Positions 58,301-63,533 of a stretch of DNA of 63,533 bases are shown in pieces (positions within the stretch are counted from its first letter, which is position 1; every line of letters starts with the position of its first letter). This DNA comes from a virus (lineage: Duplodnaviria > Caudoviricetes). A program made the position numbers and the translations under genes. The notes beneath the pieces were generated by a model, which saw nothing but the letters and a program-made list of their open reading frames with translations, was not told the origin of the DNA and did not search any database. Location: IMG/VR virus record IMGVR_UViG_3300020430_000014, positions 1 to 63,533 of that record, one strand, 5' to 3'.

Positions 58301-61025
58301 AAGAGTAATCGCTAATGACATTGTTGGATTGTCTAGTGCAAACTTTACTGGAATCGTAACTGCTCAAACCTTCTATGGTGATGGTTCTAATCTCACCAAC
58401 GTTGCTGCTGGAGCAACTGTTCTTAGTGCTCTTGCTGATGTCAATGCACCAACTCCTTCTCCTGGTCAGGTTCTGAAGTGGTCTGGTAGTGAGTGGCAAG
58501 CAGCAGCAGACCTTACTGGTGCTGGTGGTACTGGTATTGGACTATCTGATCTGTCTGTAACTACTGCATCTGTTGGTGTTGCATCGCTGTCTTACAACAA
58601 CCAGTCTGGTGTATTCACATACACACCACCTGACTTCTCTAGCTACCTCAGTAGCAATATTACAACAAACGTATCTATGAGTAATGGATACGTCTTTACC
58701 TATGATTCCTCTGCTACTGCAAGATTTGGAACTATTGGTAATAATGATTATGGTGATATCTTCTGGGGTACTGACAATAGTGCAACTGGATTCCACATTA
58801 AAAATAGTGACTTTGATGGTGCTCTCTATCTGACCAACACTGGAACAGACGGTGTATACATCAGATCAACTGCAACTGAAGTTGGTGCATCCTTTAAAGC
58901 AAATGCGGAAGTAAATCTATATCATAATAATGTACCTAAGTTCTCTACTTCTGGTTTAGGTGCTAGTGTTTATGGTTATCTTCAGGTTGATAGTGGTCTG
59001 AATGTTAGTGGTGTTGTAACTGCAACAGAATTTAAAGGTACATTTACTGGTACTGTCAACTATGCAACTCTCGCTGGTGTTGCAAGTACTGCATCTTATG
59101 CAAATGAATCCGTAACTGCTGGTTTTGCAAATGTTGCTGGCATTGCTTCTGGAATCTCTGGAACACCAAACATCACTGTTGGTGAACTTACCACTACTGG
59201 TGCATTTGTAGTTGGTGCAGGTCAGACTTCTACCTTCGGTGATCGAGTCACTGTAAGAGATGATCTTGGAATTGAAGGATCTACACCTACACTTAGAATT
59301 CAGGATTCTGATCAAGCTGAGAACTATGCATACCTGCAGTATGACAGTTCTGCTGGTCCTGCTCTGAAGTTTAGAACCAGATGCTTCGCAAATACTCCAC
59401 ACTTCATCTGGCAATCTGAAGCAGGTGGTGGAATTAATGCTAGTCAGTACCTCATGTATATGCAGGGCGGTGCGCCTGGTGCATACAATCATGGATATGT
59501 ATCCTTCGGTAGCACCACTGCTGATGAGAGACTGCATGTTGGTGGTTCTCTGAAGGTTACTGAGAACATCAATGCTGCTGGTATTATCACTGGTAATATC
59601 ATTAAGGCAACTCAAGGCATTGATGCTCCCATCTACATTACTGAATCCTTAGATGATGATAATGACTATAACTTAGTCATGCTCAATGCAACTGGTGCGG
59701 GCGGTAACGCTTATCGCGTCAGCATGGTTGACAATGGTGGAATTACCTTCAACCCATTCCAGAACAGACTGAAGACTAATAATATAGAGGCAGATCAGTT
59801 TGGATTCTTCGGTAATGGTTCAAACCTTACTGGAATTCCAACAGCAATTGTCGCTGGTAGTGGAATCTCTATCGGATCTTCTACTGGTACGGTTGTTATC
59901 AGTGCAACTGGTGGAGGAGGTGTCTCTAGTACTGCAACATATGCAGAAGTCGCAGGCATTGCAACACTTGCAACATTTGCAACTACCGCTGGTTATGCAA
60001 ACACAGCTGGTATTGCAACAATCGCAGCAGTTGCTCAGGGATTGACGGGAACTCCTAACATCATCGCTGGATTTACTACCACCAATGATCTTTATATTCA
60101 GGGTGGAAATCTTGGTATTGGATTAGATCCGAATCCATCATACTCCATTGATGCCCTCGACAACATTAGAATGTTTGGTGGTGAGTTTTGGATGCCAAGA
60201 GGATCCAATGGATCACTTCTCCTTAAAAATGGTGGCAATAATCTCCGAGAAATCAATAGTACTGGATCTGGATCACATATTATTATTCAGCATCCTTCTT
60301 ACAATGGTGGAGTTGGTATTGGTACAACCGTTCTGGATGGTTACAAATTTAGAGTTGATGGCAACACTCAATTTGCTGGTATCATAACTGCTACTTCGGT
60401 CATTGCTGATTCATTTGCTGGTGATGGTTCTCTCCTGACTGGCATTGTTGCTTCTGGAACTGGAATTACTATTCAAGAGGAAGGATCTACCGTTGGTACT
60501 GCAAGTACAATTAACTTTGTTGGTGCTGCTGTAACGGCGACCATAAATTCTGGAACAGCGACAGTCAATATTAGTCCTGCAGTATCCACTGGAAGTGGTG
60601 GTAAATTTGTTGATAATATTGCTGGAATTCATACCACAGATTCTGTTGGTGTTAAGACTGATCAACCTAAGTCTGCCTTCCAGGTTGAGTCATTTGGTAT
60701 AGAGGCAGGAATCGGAACATTTGTTGCGGTTGTTGGCACACCAGTTAACATTGATCAATTCAATGTAAGCACAACTCCATTCAAAACTGCGGAGTACACA
60801 CTTCATATTCATCATGCAAATGGTATGCAATCTCAGAAAGTCTTGGTTATGCAGGATGGATCTAATGCATACTCTAATGAGTTTGCAATCATGCATTCTT
60901 CTGCAGACCCTCTTGTATCCTTCGCATCTACTGTGAGTGGTGGAACATGTAAACTGCAGGCAACACCTCTCACAGGGGTAACTGGTATAACTACATATAG
61001 ATTCTCTAGAGGAACTCTGCTCTGA
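55389..61025 (+). CDS. large fibre-like structural protein
   Basis: 1878 aa; recurring GIVTA/F.GDGS.LT repeats; APETLNTLNELAQALGDDPNFATT tail-fibre motif. Confidence 0.85.
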   Translation: MGTFRKSLKLGKKSRQIEENLKKLDKELEKTGALNETAKTPAAPVEEQNRKFDWRREFFPEKDQYEMVNLLYEERQQKLKEAIGEEKIKIAEEVESLREAVEKKRELKQLQKVDQHLANIDVEFYKLRDDLVENINESMFPNIPAIEEKLDEILTVYGKLSDRISEGFLNEPSGSAQGGDPLAKTDFVTFDQLKQHYSLYLDRISTQLATLGGGGEVELKYLDDVVGIATNAAAYDGKYLKYNHASKKFEFSDVGPIGITTELQTLNNVMGLGNTSNLGMSVGVSTFADSVTVGGATTALVVEGDVRVVGVLTVGSGSITIDGDNDTIGMGTHALTVAKVALLDDLDGDTADFAGDVKVVGVLTALSLDSSNVSVAGSVTGTTFYGTTYYGDGSNLTGINAVGVGTTTISTESITVTGVVTAGQFKRPDGLATQFLKADGSVDANTYLTAEAQNLDGILALGNTTTRGMSVGVLTASSFVGDGSGLTNLVFTGGDIVFTGITTFNTNALFGDNRKAVFGAGNDLQIFHDGADSYISELGTGKLILNTNGPNIELKYNNAEFAAKFNQDAGALFYYNNLNKLEVLGTGATTYGTHYATSFVGGGSGITGITTAQIVDFGNVVFGIGSSTNVNTTGSITAGEFYGNGANLAGIATPAYVDAAVAGIVSSAPETLNTLNELAQALGDDPNFATTTTNLIGTKASLAGAAFTGSVTVSNGYLSVGSTMLSQSRLYAKERVYIGANENIQLYQVETGNPVFATSSYLDLAAGGSAGSSGFIRHGNRDGFYGGELTISNAGNLKSAVFNSGWGGVDLYHCISGNSPTLRFSTTATGAGVVGILTADRMVGAATSNLIPFLYADPSALPNPGDYHGAFAHVHSTGGAYFAHAGAWIRLVQYDTTEGNVSIGTANFTTSGNIGAGIVTGTSAEFRNLRIGTFGTNNIYGVSGPLYLDSEHGEVDVVNNFHVNGVSTFSGRVIANDIVGLSSANFTGIVTAQTFYGDGSNLTNVAAGATVLSALADVNAPTPSPGQVLKWSGSEWQAAADLTGAGGTGIGLSDLSVTTASVGVASLSYNNQSGVFTYTPPDFSSYLSSNITTNVSMSNGYVFTYDSSATARFGTIGNNDYGDIFWGTDNSATGFHIKNSDFDGALYLTNTGTDGVYIRSTATEVGASFKANAEVNLYHNNVPKFSTSGLGASVYGYLQVDSGLNVSGVVTATEFKGTFTGTVNYATLAGVASTASYANESVTAGFANVAGIASGISGTPNITVGELTTTGAFVVGAGQTSTFGDRVTVRDDLGIEGSTPTLRIQDSDQAENYAYLQYDSSAGPALKFRTRCFANTPHFIWQSEAGGGINASQYLMYMQGGAPGAYNHGYVSFGSTTADERLHVGGSLKVTENINAAGIITGNIIKATQGIDAPIYITESLDDDNDYNLVMLNATGAGGNAYRVSMVDNGGITFNPFQNRLKTNNIEADQFGFFGNGSNLTGIPTAIVAGSGISIGSSTGTVVISATGGGGVSSTATYAEVAGIATLATFATTAGYANTAGIATIAAVAQGLTGTPNIIAGFTTTNDLYIQGGNLGIGLDPNPSYSIDALDNIRMFGGEFWMPRGSNGSLLLKNGGNNLREINSTGSGSHIIIQHPSYNGGVGIGTTVLDGYKFRVDGNTQFAGIITATSVIADSFAGDGSLLTGIVASGTGITIQEEGSTVGTASTINFVGAAVTATINSGTATVNISPAVSTGSGGKFVDNIAGIHTTDSVGVKTDQPKSAFQVESFGIEAGIGTFVAVVGTPVNIDQFNVSTTPFKTAEYTLHIHHANGMQSQKVLVMQDGSNAYSNEFAIMHSSADPLVSFASTVSGGTCKLQATPLTGVTGITTYRFSRGTLL

Positions 61026-61031
61026 TAGGAT

Positions 61032-62276
61032 ATGCTTAGACTAAACGAAGAACATCAACGCTTTGGTAACGGACTGGGTTATCAGATGACTGCATATGCA
61101 ATTATGCGGACAATATGTGATAAAAAAGGACTTGAGTATTCAGCAAATCTTCATCCTTTGAGGAATACTTTTAGTGGTATCAATATTGAATCGATTGATC
61201 CTCCTGGTATACAGGGGGAAAAATCTGTCGAATTTTCTCTTGATGATTCTTTTGATAGTATTTGTGATAAAGCTGATGATAATGTAACTCTTTATGGGTA
61301 TCCCACACCAGCGATACTGAATACCATGGATTCTTCTGACTTTGATAAAGTCAAGAAACATTTTGAATTTAGGAAAGAAGTATATGATAGATGTTTAGCA
61401 TGGAAGAATGAAAATTTTGGAGACTGTGAAGTAATCTCCATGCATGTTCGTAGATTTGCCGAACCAGATATGGAACAAGACCTGAGTGGTCAGTTCTTTA
61501 TTGGCAATGATTACTATGAGAAGGCATTAGAGTTATTGCCTAAAGATCTCCCAGTTCTTATTTTTACTAATGATAAGAGTTATGTTTTAGAGCAACCAAA
61601 TTGGGATGGTAATAGATTCATTGTAGTGCCAGACATGATGACTGGTAGAGGATCTAATAAAACTGATTGGCATCATTTGAATAGGGTGTTGGGTGATAGA
61701 AAAATTGGTTTAAGTTTAGACTTATCTCCAGAGATCAATTCTTTATATTTGAATTACATGGTTGATCGCCATGGAGATAATGAGTTTGTGTATTCTCATG
61801 CTATTCAAGAGTTGAAGTCTCATGGTTACCCAAAACCTCCACAGTGTGGGCAAAAATGTTTTGAGACTAGGAAGGATTGCTACAGAGATAAACCAGATAG
61901 AGAATTTACAAAAGAAACTAGATATAAAATTGAACATAATTTATATGACTACTCATTTGAAATGTGTCTAATGAGTATGTGTGATTATCATATTGCTGCA
62001 AATAGTCTTTATGGTTTATGGGGAATAGAACTCTCAAATACTAAGAAGGTCATTTACCCTAAGTATTGGATGCAGGGATTGCATGATGATCCTGAAGCCA
62101 TTGTCTGTGATGATCCAGAATCTTGCCGTCCAGGGTTCAAATGCAATCAAGATAATTCTATTGTGAGAGACCTGAGTGGATTTGATCAAACCGCAGAATT
62201 TCTGGGATCTTGGATGGGTGATAATTGGGTTGGATTGGAAAATCCAGATCAACGTGTAAATACTGAGAGGTCTTGA
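61032..62276 (+). CDS. GT11-like fucosyltransferase with large insertion
   Basis: GNGLGYQM, SMHVRR, YYEKAL, MSMCDYHIAANSLYGLWG. Confidence 0.72.
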   Translation: MLRLNEEHQRFGNGLGYQMTAYAIMRTICDKKGLEYSANLHPLRNTFSGINIESIDPPGIQGEKSVEFSLDDSFDSICDKADDNVTLYGYPTPAILNTMDSSDFDKVKKHFEFRKEVYDRCLAWKNENFGDCEVISMHVRRFAEPDMEQDLSGQFFIGNDYYEKALELLPKDLPVLIFTNDKSYVLEQPNWDGNRFIVVPDMMTGRGSNKTDWHHLNRVLGDRKIGLSLDLSPEINSLYLNYMVDRHGDNEFVYSHAIQELKSHGYPKPPQCGQKCFETRKDCYRDKPDREFTKETRYKIEHNLYDYSFEMCLMSMCDYHIAANSLYGLWGIELSNTKKVIYPKYWMQGLHDDPEAIVCDDPESCRPGFKCNQDNSIVRDLSGFDQTAEFLGSWMGDNWVGLENPDQRVNTERS

Positions 62277-62279
62277 TAA

Positions 62280-63533
62280 ATGTCTGAGAAGAAGCGTTAC
62301 ATTGTTGGATGTACTGCCCCAGCAGACTGGGAGTACATTCACGAACTATTAACTCAGGATGGAACATTAGATGATAATATTCCAACTGAAGCGATCACTA
62401 GTGATGACTTAAAAGAGCATAGTCCAACTAGAGCATCTTATCTTTTAACAGATGAGGAAGCTGCACTTGTTGAGGCACATGAAAAAGTTCTTTATTGTCA
62501 CATAGCACAAGAAGACTTCTCACCACCTCAAGAAGAGTTACATGCAACTCCTCAAGAATTCCGTCAAGTAGGCATCTCATCACACTATCGTCGTTGGGAA
62601 AATTTTAATTTACTTACCACTACTGGTGGTAATACTCAAGATTATGATATGAGTCGTACTGGATTCCAGTTACTCAGACATACACAAGCACAAGATCTTT
62701 GGTATGATGGTACATCTAATGGTGGTAGACAGGTATTTGATAACAGAGTTGCTCGTTACGGTGGTGGCAAGAACGTTGATATAATTGTATGTGATGAAGG
62801 ATTTTGGTTGGGTCACATTGAATTTTATAACCCATCTGATGTAAGGGATATTAGTGATAGCACCACAGATGGTAATGGAGATCCATATGTCTTTGGTCCC
62901 TCTGATATGATTGAGGGTAATGTCCTCAACCGTAATGGAAGATGCTATGCTCTTGATCTGATTGTTGATGCTCCATACTATATTGATCCTGACTTCTTTA
63001 ATGCAAGTCCTGGAACTAGACTTGAAACAAGATGGGATGGAACAACTGTTCCTGTAAGTAGTGTTGCAGTAAACTGGTGGAGAAATAATACAACTACATA
63101 TCGCTCTGTTGGATTTACTACCTTTGGCACAGCGAATGTTAGCACCGCATATAATAGAACAGATTCCAACGGAACAAATACTTCAACCGCATACAATAGT
63201 ACTCATGGAACTCAGTGTGCTGCTGCAGCATTTGGTAGGACACAGGGTTGGGCATACAATGCAAATAAGTGGGTATTGAATCTGTATGGGTCTAGAAGTT
63301 CTGGTATTGAGGCAGGACATGATGCTCAGAAGTTGTTCCACATAATGAAACCTAACAATTCTGAACTCGGAACAAAAGATCCAACAATATCTTCTAATAG
63401 TTGGGGATATCGTGCTATTCCTGATGACACTGGATACTATTTCTATCGTGGCGCTGCTGGATCATCTTACTCATGCACCGCTTCAAGTGCTGGTCGTAGT
63501 CCATATAGTGGAACCAATAACAAACCAGGATTT
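62280..63533 (+). CDS. subtilisin-like (S8) peptidase, 3' partial (not in track)
   Basis: ATG 62280 in frame with IIVCDEG, THGTQCA (63204) and SNSWG; runs off the window. Confidence 0.75.
   Translation, partial: MSEKKRYIVGCTAPADWEYIHELLTQDGTLDDNIPTEAITSDDLKEHSPTRASYLLTDEEAALVEAHEKVLYCHIAQEDFSPPQEELHATPQEFRQVGISSHYRRWENFNLLTTTGGNTQDYDMSRTGFQLLRHTQAQDLWYDGTSNGGRQVFDNRVARYGGGKNVDIIVCDEGFWLGHIEFYNPSDVRDISDSTTDGNGDPYVFGPSDMIEGNVLNRNGRCYALDLIVDAPYYIDPDFFNASPGTRLETRWDGTTVPVSSVAVNWWRNNTTTYRSVGFTTFGTANVSTAYNRTDSNGTNTSTAYNSTHGTQCAAAAFGRTQGWAYNANKWVLNLYGSRSSGIEAGHDAQKLFHIMKPNNSELGTKDPTISSNSWGYRAIPDDTGYYFYRGAAGSSYSCTASSAGRSPYSGTNNKPGF

Overview
A 63.5 kb segment of a T4-like marine cyanophage (myovirus, probably infecting Synechococcus; the host is inferred). 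It is densely coding and almost all on the + strand. Order: Dam methylase (partial), gp62, regA, hsp20, gp43, uvsX, gp41; a translationally coupled ~9.4 kb tailoring cluster (2OG-Fe(II) oxygenases, sulfotransferase, DegT aminotransferase, five tandem GT25-like paralogs, amidinotransferase, NDP-sugar dehydrogenase); mazG; Lys-rich candidate head-internal proteins, one with a textbook -1 frameshift signal; gp61, nrdA, nrdB; six tRNAs interleaved with oxygenases and structured ncRNA candidates; a gmd/fcl/GT11/GT6 glycan cluster; an outer-membrane barrel, two hli genes and a peroxiredoxin; exported proteins; a 1878-aa fibre protein; a GT11-like gene; and a partial S8 peptidase. The best leads are the amidinotransferase/GT25 cluster, the A-AAA-AAG plus hairpin frameshift at 21798-21840, a ROSE-like thermometer on hsp20 and a pseudoknotted RNA before tRNA-Val. 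All calls come from motif recognition by eye; no searches were run.
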